DNA of 64,000 bases from an uncultured Bacteroidales bacterium (GTDB taxonomy: Bacteria > Bacteroidota > Bacteroidia > Bacteroidales > BM520). Position numbers and translations under genes: made by a program. This document shows positions 9,912 through 19,268 of this stretch, piece by piece; the stretch's first letter is position 1, and every line of letters begins with the position of its first letter. The stretch lies in the NCBI GenBank assembly GCA_964474455.1, contig CAYYSU010000003.1:22999-86998 (forward strand). The letters are read 5' to 3'. The notes under the pieces are model-generated. The model did not search any database and was not told the DNA's origin. It was given only the letters and a program-made list of their open reading frames with translations.

Positions 9912-9914
9912 AAT

Positions 9915-12900
9915 TTATTTTATTCCAAGGGCTTCCAGTGAGCCGGGATTAATATTTTTTTTTGCTGCATAGTATGCCTTTTGGTCATCACCGATGGCGG
10001 TTATATTAAAATATTGCGCATCAGGATGGCTGAATATAGCTCCGCAGAGGGAGGATTGCGGCTTCATAGCAAAATGCTCTGTTATTCCGATGCCTATATT
10101 GTCATATGCATTGAGCACATCGAGTATTTTCTTTTTTTCAGAATGGTCGGGCCATGCCGGATAACCCGGCGCAGGTCGTATTCCACGGTAATGTCCTTTC
10201 AGCATCTCAGCGGGAACGCCCTTTTCATCACTAAAACCCCACCACACCTTGCGGCACAGGAAATGAGTCAGCTCAGCCATGGCTTCCACAAGTCTGTCAG
10301 CAAGGCTGTCGCGCATCAAGCGATCCACCTCATCGTCAGTTTGCAAATCACAATGAACCGTTGCGGCGAATAATCCGAGATGATCCTGTTTCTCTGCCAG
10401 AAAGTCGGTAAGAGAGTAGCAAGGATTAATCTGTTTTCGCAGAAACTCTAATGCAGTAATGGATTTTTCTCCCTTCCCGCCGAGTATGGTCACACTTTCA
10501 TGTTTTGTTACAACCGGGAATATCTGACATACCGCCCTAAGCATATATCGTGATGCATTTTTTTTCAGGAATATCATTGCCTCATCATGTAGCTTTAAGG
10601 CCTCATTGGATTTTACACTCCAGGCATTGTAAAACGAGCGCCAATTAATAAATGGTATCAGGTCTTCTGCCGCGGCCTCGAGGGTGTTCAAATCCAGCGA
10701 ATTTGGTCTGGCGGGGATATATTCTTTGTCTAAATTAAACCCTGACTGCCGTGCTTTTTCAAGAGGTATCACCATGGGATTATTATCTTTTTGATAATCC
10801 TCACGAATTTTTTCATATCTGCTATGAATCTCCCGTAGCCACTGCACTCTGTTTTTTGAAACGAGAGACTCCCAAGCTATTGACGCGGCTCGGGAGGCGT
10901 CACCGGCGTGAAGAACAACGCCATCCGGATATTCAGGGGCAATCTTAACGGCAGTGTGGAGCTCAGATGTCGTCGCACCACCAACCATAAGCGGGATACG
11001 ACATTCTCTCTCCTGCATCAGTGCAGCAACATTTGCCATCTCCTGCAGCGAGGGAGTGATAAGCCCGCTGAGAGCGATCATATCTACATTATTATCCACT
11101 GCCGCCTGAACGATTTTCTCTCCAGGAATCATTACGCCAAGATCGATTATTTTAAAGTTGTTGCAGGAAAGGATAACAGAGAGTATATTTTTACCAATAT
11201 CATGCACATCACCTTTTACCGTTGCAAGGAGTATTGTTCCTACACGTTTCGATTGTTCTCCCTTCTCCTGTTGTGTTATTTCCGGACGAATAATATCCAC
11301 CATAACTCGCATTGCTCTGGCACTTTTTACCACTTGCGGCAGGAACATTTTTCCCACCCCGAACCTGGCTCCTACTTCGTTCATGGCATCCATCAACGGT
11401 TCGTCAATTATCTGCACTGCCTTTTCATAGTGGTGGAGCGCCTCCTGCATATCCTCATCAGCAAACTCAATTATTCCATGCAGTAAGGCGTATTTTATCC
11501 GATCTGTAACCGCGAGCTCCCGCCACTGCAGTTTGTTCTCTTCTTTTTTTTCCTGATCGAGGTATTTTGTTGCTATCTCAATCAGAGTGGCGGCGCTCTG
11601 CTGGTGGCGGTTGAGGATCACATCTTCCACTGCCTCTTTTAGGCCGGCCTCAATATCATCGTACGTGACACTCATTCCGGGATTTACTATTGCCATATCA
11701 AGACCGTTATTGATGGCGTGGTACAGAAAAACAGAGTGCATGGCCTCTCTGACACCGTTGTTGCCTCTAAACGAGAACGATAGATTGCTTACGCCTCCCG
11801 AAACCATGGCTCCCGGCAGATTCTCCTTGATCCATTTTACCGAGCGAATAAAGTCTATCGCATAGGCATCATGCTCTTTCATTCCGGTGGCAACAGCAAG
11901 TATATTAGGGTCAAAGATTATATTATGCGGGTTGTATCGGGCATTTTCCACCAAGAGGTCATAGGATCGTTGCGCGATACGTACTCTGCTTTCGTAGTCC
12001 ACGGCCTGTCCTTTTTCATCAAAAAGCATTACCACCACAGCGGCGCCAAAGCGTTTTAGCGTTTTCGCCTTTGCGATAAAAGCTTCCTCACCCTCTTTCA
12101 GGCTTATGGAGTTAACCACGCATTTGCCCTGAGTACATTTCAGCCCTTCTGTTATCACCTCCCAGTCGGAAGAGTCTATCATTACCGGCACACGAGCTAT
12201 GTCAGGGTCTGAGCCTGCCAGGTTGAGAAATTCCTTCATGGACTGGGGGCCATCTATCATGGCGTCATCCATACATATATCGATTATCTGGGCTCCGTTT
12301 TCCACCTGATTGCGGGCAACACTCAGTGCTTGGGCGTAGTTTTTTTTACGAATCAGTCGTGCAAATTTCCGCGAGCCGGCAACGTTGGTACGTTCGCCAA
12401 TATTGACAAAGTTGGTCTCTTTGGAGATGATGAGGTTTTCCAACCCCGAAAGCACGGAGATCTTACTTCCGGCGGGTATTTTTCGTGGTTTTTGATCCTT
12501 TACGGCGTCAGCGATGGCTTCAATATGTGCCGGTGTAGTGCCGCAGCAACCACCCATAATATTGACCCAGCCATTTTCAGCATACTCCTTTGCAAAGAGA
12601 CCCATGTCTCCGGGTGACTGGTTGTAGTTACCCATCTCATCTGGCAGTCCGGCGTTTGGATGTACGCTTACATGGATCTGTGCAATCTGTGAGAGGTGAC
12701 TGATAAATGGTTTCAACTGCTCCGGACCCAGCGAACAGTTCAGCCCTATTGAAAAGAGATTGAAATGCTCTATGGAGGTGACAAAGGCCTCGAGAGTCTG
12801 TCCGGAGAGCGTGCGGCCGCTGGCATCGGAAATGGTAACGGAAACCATAACGGGAATCTCTCTGCCATATTTATTAAACACCTCTTCAATGGCAAATAGT

Positions 12901-13460
12901 GCTGCTTTACAGTTTAGGGTATCAAACACTGTCTCTACCATCAATATATCAGCGCCGCCTTCCATAAGGCCTTGAGCCTGTTCATAATATGCTTCCACGA
13001 GCTGGTCGAAGGTGATATTCCGCATTCCGGGGTTGTCAATATCCGGAGAGATGCTTGCAGAGCGGTTTGTGGGACCCATGGAGCCAATCACCCAGGCAGG
13101 GTGGTGCGGATTCAAAGCGGAGAATTCCTTTACGGCCTGTTTGGCTATGGAAGCAGCGGCCTTATTTATCTCAAAACATTTATCCTCCAGAGCATAGTCT
13201 TCCATCGGGATGGATGAGGCATTGAAAGAGTTTGTCTCTATCAGATTGGCTCCGGCGGAGAGGTACGCCAGATGAATCTCTCTCATGACATCCGGTCTGG
13301 TGACACATAATATATCGTTACAGCCCTGAAGACTGACTGGGTGATCTTTATATTCAACACCGTGAAAGTCCTCTTCCTGAAGGTTATAGCGCTGTATCAT
13401 GGTGCCTGTGGCGCCGTCAAGAACAAGGATATGGTTCTTTATATATTCGTAAATATTCAT
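9915..13460 (-). CDS. metH: B12-dependent methionine synthase
   Basis: LDGATGTMIQ, Zn ligands GLNCSLG and GGCCGTTP, pterin domain IGERTNVAGS, cobalamin motif GDVHDIGKN, activation domain RPAPGYPA.PDH. Confidence 0.97.
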   Translation of the reverse strand: MNIYEYIKNHILVLDGATGTMIQRYNLQEEDFHGVEYKDHPVSLQGCNDILCVTRPDVMREIHLAYLSAGANLIETNSFNASSIPMEDYALEDKCFEINKAAASIAKQAVKEFSALNPHHPAWVIGSMGPTNRSASISPDIDNPGMRNITFDQLVEAYYEQAQGLMEGGADILMVETVFDTLNCKAALFAIEEVFNKYGREIPVMVSVTISDASGRTLSGQTLEAFVTSIEHFNLFSIGLNCSLGPEQLKPFISHLSQIAQIHVSVHPNAGLPDEMGNYNQSPGDMGLFAKEYAENGWVNIMGGCCGTTPAHIEAIADAVKDQKPRKIPAGSKISVLSGLENLIISKETNFVNIGERTNVAGSRKFARLIRKKNYAQALSVARNQVENGAQIIDICMDDAMIDGPQSMKEFLNLAGSDPDIARVPVMIDSSDWEVITEGLKCTQGKCVVNSISLKEGEEAFIAKAKTLKRFGAAVVVMLFDEKGQAVDYESRVRIAQRSYDLLVENARYNPHNIIFDPNILAVATGMKEHDAYAIDFIRSVKWIKENLPGAMVSGGVSNLSFSFRGNNGVREAMHSVFLYHAINNGLDMAIVNPGMSVTYDDIEAGLKEAVEDVILNRHQQSAATLIEIATKYLDQEKKEENKLQWRELAVTDRIKYALLHGIIEFADEDMQEALHHYEKAVQIIDEPLMDAMNEVGARFGVGKMFLPQVVKSARAMRVMVDIIRPEITQQEKGEQSKRVGTILLATVKGDVHDIGKNILSVILSCNNFKIIDLGVMIPGEKIVQAAVDNNVDMIALSGLITPSLQEMANVAALMQERECRIPLMVGGATTSELHTAVKIAPEYPDGVVLHAGDASRAASIAWESLVSKNRVQWLREIHSRYEKIREDYQKDNNPMVIPLEKARQSGFNLDKEYIPARPNSLDLNTLEAAAEDLIPFINWRSFYNAWSVKSNEALKLHDEAMIFLKKNASRYMLRAVCQIFPVVTKHESVTILGGKGEKSITALEFLRKQINPCYSLTDFLAEKQDHLGLFAATVHCDLQTDDEVDRLMRDSLADRLVEAMAELTHFLCRKVWWGFSDEKGVPAEMLKGHYRGIRPAPGYPAWPDHSEKKKILDVLNAYDNIGIGITEHFAMKPQSSLCGAIFSHPDAQYFNITAIGDDQKAYYAAKKNINPGSLEALGIK

Positions 13461-13565
13461 AGGAAACAGATTTATTTAATCAAAGATAATAAATTACATA
13501 TTAACACAGGGATTGATTTTATGAAACACAGTGTTTCCATTTTTTTTAAGGAATAAATCGTTGTG

Positions 13566-14510
13566 TTATTTCATAGCAGAGGAGGCGATAATTTGGTCGG
13601 CATTTTTCAGGAATATTCCTATACTCTGTGCGCGGAGGAGGGAATCCTGGATCTGCTGCTGATCCTCATAAAGGTATCGGAATTGAGTCCAGTAGCCTTT
13701 CATTCTGTTAAGATGACCTTTCTCTGTGTCCGATGTCCCTTCGATATTGGCATTCAGTATTGTGTGAAAAGAGCCAAACCTTTTGCGATCCCGGAGTTGA
13801 CAACCTGTTTTAATCCATTCTCCCAGGAACGGGTTTCGGACAAGTCCTCGTCCTATCATCCAGGATGATATTCGGGGCATCATGGTTTTCAGTTTTTTAA
13901 GATCCTCCACACTAAAGATATCTCCATTATATATCAATTCCGGGCTTGAGAGCTTCTCCACAAAGGGGGCAAAAAACTCGGGATCTGCCTTTCCGGAGTA
14001 CATTTGGACACCGGTGCGACTGTGCACTGTTAATGAAGCAAGTGAAACGCTGTTGAAGACATCCGCAAGCTCATCGAACAGTGTGTTGTCTCTAAATCCT
14101 ATTCTTGTTTTTACAGAAAATCTAATGTTGATATCGTCAATAACATTCTGTAAAAGACTTAATACTTTTTCCGGATCTTTGAGCAGACCAGAGCCTCTCT
14201 GCTTACGGGTGATTTTTGGCATCGGGCATCCCAAGTTAAGGTTGATCTCATCAAATCCGTATGACTCAAGGAGATGTGCCATCTGTACTATTTGACTTGC
14301 TTTATTTCCTATAACCTGTGGGATGAGATGGATTTTTTCATTTGCCGGAAGAATATCTTTCAGACGCGACGGGTTAACATAATCAGCTTCGACCAGAGGA
14401 ATAAATGGAGCCATTACAGCATCTACGCCTGAGAAATGCTCAGCAAAGGCATCTCTGAAAGGGCGCTCGGTAAATCCCCGCAAAGGGCCCATATATATCT
14501 TATCATTCAT
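13566..14510 (-). CDS. tRNA-dihydrouridine synthase family protein
   Basis: MGPLRGFT, IPQVIG, catalytic NLNLGCP, SVKTRIG, VHSRT..QMY, YNGDI, MIGRGL..NP. Confidence 0.9.
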   Translation of the reverse strand: MNDKIYMGPLRGFTERPFRDAFAEHFSGVDAVMAPFIPLVEADYVNPSRLKDILPANEKIHLIPQVIGNKASQIVQMAHLLESYGFDEINLNLGCPMPKITRKQRGSGLLKDPEKVLSLLQNVIDDINIRFSVKTRIGFRDNTLFDELADVFNSVSLASLTVHSRTGVQMYSGKADPEFFAPFVEKLSSPELIYNGDIFSVEDLKKLKTMMPRISSWMIGRGLVRNPFLGEWIKTGCQLRDRKRFGSFHTILNANIEGTSDTEKGHLNRMKGYWTQFRYLYEDQQQIQDSLLRAQSIGIFLKNADQIIASSAMK

Positions 14511-15406
14511 TATGTTAATAGAAAATGATTTTTAAAAGCCTGTGATAATGCCCTTATTGCATGTTTCTCATCTCTGCAGGCCATCTTCCTTGGAGGACCC
14601 TGAGGTGTGTTATTGACATCCACGATATAAATCTTTCCGTCATTGTTATCACGCAGAATGTCTAACTCGCCGTAATCAAGGTTAATGTGATTGCAAAACT
14701 GGTTTATTTTTTCGATTTCAATATCAGAAAAAACATCCTTTGTTTTCGTAAGAATTGTTTTAGAGGTGCTGTTCGTAAAGCGAATACTTTTGTCCCTGTA
14801 TTTAAGATAGATAAATGAGAGCGTCTCCCCTATCACCGGCACTCTCAAATCCACAACCTGATTGTTGTCTGTGCTGTTATCTATAAGTTTTTGGTAAATA
14901 AAGCCCTTAGCCGGTACTTCGCCAGGCCTATCAACTATCTCTCCGTCGTGTCTGGCATTGATATCACTCTTTTTAACATAGGGTTTATCATAAGTCATAG
15001 GATCGATAGATGTTGAATACCCAAAAACTTCTTTGAAGATATTGTCCACAAACACCTTACTAATATCTCTGCTGTGCAGATTTACTACATGCCTGGTGTC
15101 AATATTTTCCAGATGATGATACTCTTTTCTAAATGTCAGATATTCCCAGTACACGATAATGTCAGGGTGGCTGTGATATATGTTGGTTAAGTTATAGCCC
15201 AGGTGATCTGCAATTTTATATAATGTTGACCCGGAGCTGGGGTAGTGTGGATAAACATATATGGTTTTTACTGTGAATCCGTGGCGCAGGAGATTGAGAA
15301 ACATTTTGAGCAGGTATTTTGTGTCCTTTGCTAATTTTTCCGGCATGGGCATACCCTTCCTGTATTTTACAAACACCCCTCTTTTATATTTTTTAATAAA
15401 ATACAT
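14510..15406 (-). CDS. Uncharacterised ATP-grasp-like protein
   Basis: VKKSDINARHDG, IYQKLIDN, DLRVP, YGELDILRD..DGKIYIVDVNNTP resemble ATP-grasp nucleotide/metal motifs; its TAA overlaps the dus ATG (TAATG). Confidence 0.6.
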   Translation of the reverse strand: MYFIKKYKRGVFVKYRKGMPMPEKLAKDTKYLLKMFLNLLRHGFTVKTIYVYPHYPSSGSTLYKIADHLGYNLTNIYHSHPDIIVYWEYLTFRKEYHHLENIDTRHVVNLHSRDISKVFVDNIFKEVFGYSTSIDPMTYDKPYVKKSDINARHDGEIVDRPGEVPAKGFIYQKLIDNSTDNNQVVDLRVPVIGETLSFIYLKYRDKSIRFTNSTSKTILTKTKDVFSDIEIEKINQFCNHINLDYGELDILRDNNDGKIYIVDVNNTPQGPPRKMACRDEKHAIRALSQAFKNHFLLT

Positions 15407-15752
15407 TATATTTATTTGCCTGTTTGTTTCTCCGGAACTAATTGCTGTTATCCTGATAACTAGCTATAGGTTTTGAGATTTCTTTTCTTATACGTTACAA
15501 AAATATTTGTCTTTACCATTTATAAAATCAGTTTGTGCATATTGTAAATTCAGGATGTTTAAGTGTTTGTCACTTATTGAACCTTTGGGTGTAACTTATT
15601 GCATACGCCATTCACTTTTCATCCTCAAAAGTATTGTTTTTTTTTGGTGTATAAACATCGACTATCTTAATAATAAACAAAATCTAACTTATCATTCATT
15701 AGCAGTGATTAATACCATATTCATTTATTAATATTTATTAAAACAGATTATT

Positions 15753-16781
15753 ATGAAAAAAGGCATTACAATTTTAGTCATTTTAGGGCTTATGTTTTTT
15801 TGCTGTAAAGCTCAGTATGAGATTACATACTCCAATAATGCTCCTGAGCTTGGGGATGAATTAACCTTAAATTTCAGCACTGATGTAATAGTACCATCGG
15901 TGGGCGAATCGGGAGCAAACGTGCAATGGGATTTTTCTCAATATGAAACTGCCAGTACGGATGAACTGGATTTTGTTGATCCTGACGATACTCCCTGGGG
16001 AGATTTAGTTAGTGATTGCAATATTTGCGCATACTCCAATGATCGCGCTCAGACCGGAGAATTCTTTAATATCACCAATAATTCATTAGTAATGAAATAC
16101 TTGGGCACAGTTTTTAACGACGTCAGTCAGCTTACAGAATACTCTGACGATTATTTGGTAATGGAATACCCTTTTGGATTTACTGATGATTTTTCGGATA
16201 CCTACGCTTATGCAATGGAAATAGATTTGGGCGGTTTTATAGCATTATACACCAGCGAAGGAACAATTAATACCACTGCCGACGGATGGGGAAGCATATA
16301 CACACCAGCGGGATATTTTTCTGATGTACTGCGTGTTAAAAGTGTTGTAGTGGATAATTATGAATCATGGTATAATGGTGAATTGGCTGCCAGCGGAACA
16401 AATATTTACACCCATTATTTATGGTATCATGCGAGTTGCACATATCCAGTTATGAGTATTGACTATTATGAAGAAGGCAGCAATTATGCAAATATTAGTT
16501 GTTGGGGTATGAGTACAAGTATTGAAGAGTATGAAATGCAGAGTATGAATCTTTATCCTAATCCCGTAAATGATTTATTATCTGTTGAAAATATTCCCTT
16601 TTCAATCGACAGTTATGTAAGTATATATAATAGCCTCGGTAAGTTGATAAAAAAAGAGTTAGCATCTGTTACTTCAATTAATATATCAACAGCAGATTTC
16701 CCAAATGGTGTGTATTATTTAATTTTAAATGATAAAAAGTCACATAAGGTTTTAGCAGAGAAATTTATTGTAACGCACTAA
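15753..16781 (+). CDS. T9SS type A sorting-domain protein, unknown passenger domain
   Basis: Signal peptide; C-terminal LYPNPVNDLL...SIYNSLGKLI...GVYYLIL...EKFIV sorting domain. Confidence 0.88.
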   Translation: MKKGITILVILGLMFFCCKAQYEITYSNNAPELGDELTLNFSTDVIVPSVGESGANVQWDFSQYETASTDELDFVDPDDTPWGDLVSDCNICAYSNDRAQTGEFFNITNNSLVMKYLGTVFNDVSQLTEYSDDYLVMEYPFGFTDDFSDTYAYAMEIDLGGFIALYTSEGTINTTADGWGSIYTPAGYFSDVLRVKSVVVDNYESWYNGELAASGTNIYTHYLWYHASCTYPVMSIDYYEEGSNYANISCWGMSTSIEEYEMQSMNLYPNPVNDLLSVENIPFSIDSYVSIYNSLGKLIKKELASVTSINISTADFPNGVYYLILNDKKSHKVLAEKFIVTH

Positions 16782-17175
16782 AATTTTAAGTATTTGAATC
16801 TTCGGATTCTTTTTCACCTCCCTCAAGAGAGATGTAATCAGTACTAAGTTTCGCATAGCTTTAATGATGGCTAAACATTGAGCAAAATAACAGGTACTCG
16901 ATTACATCTGTTTTGTACTATATATTTATATATTTAGGTTTTCACCGCAAGAAACATAGTGTCTTTTCTTATGTCCACACATTCAGGTAGATCAATAAAA
17001 GCAGTGGATCGGGAAGTTGACGCTTCATAGCAAGTATTCCTATTATTTTTTTTATATCTTTACTAAAGGAAGAGTTTGTTTGTTTGTTTGCAATTCAAAG
17101 GTGTTGAATATTAGTAGTATAACTTATCTTCACCTCCTTTAAATATTATTTATTTATTATTCATGCCATAAAAAA

Positions 17176-18966
17176 ATGTTTATTTCTCTCTTTTTTAGAT
17201 TCGGGGAATTGAAATTGGCACAGTTGCTTCTAGTTGCAACATTAATGTTCTATGGTTGCCATAACACAACTACTTCGTCTCTTTCCGATACGCCTGATCC
17301 ATCATCTGCTTGCAGCGATTCGCTCTTTACCATTGCTGAAAATCTAGCCGGCTCAAATACGCCCTTGGCCTACCTATACCTTCATAAGGCCTGCAATGAA
17401 TTGCGCCCCGTCACACTTATGAATAATATTTCAAGATATCATCTTGTAAAAGGTAGGATACTGTATTATGAAGATCAATATCCGGAATCCATAGCACATC
17501 TGGATACGGCGATAGTCATGTACACAAAAGAGAATGATCAGGCAGGAATAGCTAAAGCAAGTAGTTTTTATAGTGCGTCGCAAGCCCTGTTTGGTGATTA
17601 CGCCATTGCGCTGGAGTATTCGCACAAAGCTGCAGTCATACTTCAGGAGCTGGGTGATGATTTGTCTTTAGCCAGTTGTTATAATTATATCGGCAACATA
17701 TACCTGGAACAAAAGAAAAATGACAAGGCATTGAATTATATGGAGAAAGCATGGACCATTACAAAATCAGATTCCATAAGTCTTCCCAATGCTAATATTC
17801 TGTCGTCGTTGGGATCGTTTTATAGAGAAAACGGAGAGCTGAAGAATGCTGAAAAGTATATGTTAAAAGCATACGATATTCGTGTAAAATGTGCCGAGAT
17901 AAGGCATATTGCCTCTTCGTTATGCCAGTTGGCAGAATTACAATTTCTTCAAGATAACTATAATGCTGCAACAAAATACCTCCATGAAGCCCGGCAGATC
18001 TACCTCGAACTGAATGACCGCACAGGTCTTTTTATTGTATGTCATACTAATTCCAAAATCGCTTCTGCTCAAAATAACTTCCCGCAGGCAATTCAATATG
18101 CTGAAAATGCCTACCAAATCAGCCAAGAGATAAATAGCAGTAAACTCCTTGCCCAGGCGACTCAGCAATTATATGAAATACATAAGAAACAGAATAATGC
18201 CAAACGGGCATTGGAATATTTTGAGCTGTATATTTCCTATTATACCACGTTGGTCTCCGCAGATAAAAACAGAACTATTGCCAAACTCGAATACCAAAAT
18301 GAGCTGGAGATAAAATCCAGAGATAATGAAATATTGTTGCAGAAGAATAAAATCCATAAACAGCAGGCTACCTTGTTGTTGATAACCATGTTAACACTGC
18401 TAATATTTGTTGTTGTATTGTTTGTAATTTTTCGGTTAAAATATAAGAACTTTCATCAGCGCCAGAAGCTGCTGGAAAAAAAGAAGCAGATGGCCGAGGC
18501 AAAGAGTGCACTTCACGAAAAGGAAAAGCTGGTTCTTGAAAACAATCTGGAACTAAAAAACAAGGAACTGACCAGTAAATCCGTTGAGTTACTTCACCAA
18601 ATCGAAACATTACAAGCCCTTTCGACGAGGATTGAGAAACTTAAACATATTGAATCGAAGAAAGAAATTGAAGAAATTTTGCATGAGTTAAACTTTAAAA
18701 CCCGCGAAAGTGTCTGGGACGAATTTCATGATGCCTTTAATAATGTACATAATGAGTTTTATGAGCAATTGTTGAAGGTTTGTCCCGACCTCACTTCCAC
18801 AGAAATAAAAATCGCCGCCTTACTTAAGCTAAATCTCTCCACAAAAGAGATTGCCGCCATCTCGTATAAATCGGAAAGTGCCATAAAAACTGCAAGGCAC
18901 CGGCTGCGACAGAAATTACAGCTTCCGCCAGGAGAGAATTTAATCGGTTTTCTGATGAAAATATAG
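17176..18966 (+). CDS. TPR-repeat, single-TM, LuxR-HTH transcriptional regulator
   Basis: Several TPRs (A.CYNYIGNIY, ILSSLGSFY, SLCQLAEL), TM helix ATLLLITMLTLLIFVVVLFVIF, coiled coil, C-terminal LTSTEIKIAALLKLNLSTKEIA...AIKTARHRLRQKL; start uncertain. Confidence 0.85.
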   Translation: MFISLFFRFGELKLAQLLLVATLMFYGCHNTTTSSLSDTPDPSSACSDSLFTIAENLAGSNTPLAYLYLHKACNELRPVTLMNNISRYHLVKGRILYYEDQYPESIAHLDTAIVMYTKENDQAGIAKASSFYSASQALFGDYAIALEYSHKAAVILQELGDDLSLASCYNYIGNIYLEQKKNDKALNYMEKAWTITKSDSISLPNANILSSLGSFYRENGELKNAEKYMLKAYDIRVKCAEIRHIASSLCQLAELQFLQDNYNAATKYLHEARQIYLELNDRTGLFIVCHTNSKIASAQNNFPQAIQYAENAYQISQEINSSKLLAQATQQLYEIHKKQNNAKRALEYFELYISYYTTLVSADKNRTIAKLEYQNELEIKSRDNEILLQKNKIHKQQATLLLITMLTLLIFVVVLFVIFRLKYKNFHQRQKLLEKKKQMAEAKSALHEKEKLVLENNLELKNKELTSKSVELLHQIETLQALSTRIEKLKHIESKKEIEEILHELNFKTRESVWDEFHDAFNNVHNEFYEQLLKVCPDLTSTEIKIAALLKLNLSTKEIAAISYKSESAIKTARHRLRQKLQLPPGENLIGFLMKI

Positions 18967-18993
18967 CTTATATCCCAGGCGATAGAAATCACA

Positions 18994-19010
18994 TTGTAAC
19001 TTTTTGTAAC
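18994..19010 (+). promoter_or_regulatory. Direct repeat TTGTAAC-n3-TTGTAAC, candidate operator
   Basis: Two identical heptamers with a 10-bp period, just downstream of the LuxR-type regulator and upstream of the next two genes. Confidence 0.4.
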
Positions 19011-19116
19011 CCAACAGACTATTTTTTGAACACCCTGCTTTTTTGCCAACGTTGGTTGAATTGCTTTTGTTTGTAAAATCAACAAAAGTCACATTTTTTA
19101 AATAGTTCCCTCTATT

Positions 19117-19251
19117 ATGGCAAAAACAACGAAGCCACCTAAAAAAGACGTTACACCGGTTGATGATCTTAATACACAAAACAGAGCTATTATTAAAGTT
19201 ATTAAGGCGCTGGATAAGAAACGTAAGAAAAAAAAGAAACCTAATTCATAA
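19117..19251 (+). CDS. Small basic protein, 44 aa (not in the ORF track)
   Basis: My translation: MAKTTKPPKKDVTPVDDLNTQNRAIIKVIKALDKKRKKKKKPNS*. AT-rich context before the ATG; ends 17 nt before the next ATG. Confidence 0.5.
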   Translation: MAKTTKPPKKDVTPVDDLNTQNRAIIKVIKALDKKRKKKKKPNS

Positions 19252-19268
19252 CTTTATATCCCTTTATT

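Noticed and set aside
13461-13565. SAM or cobalamin riboswitch upstream of metH
   Set aside because: The spacer is only 105 nt and AT-rich, with no recognisable riboswitch core.
15507-15731. 74-aa ORF in the AT-rich spacer
   Set aside because: TTG start, no recognisable motif, and it occupies the likely promoter region of the 15753 gene.
16812-17140. Two TTCACCTCC motifs (strong SD on the minus strand / anti-SD-like), hinting at type I TA peptides
   Set aside because: No start codon at a suitable distance after either GGAGGTGAA, and no hydrophobic small ORF.
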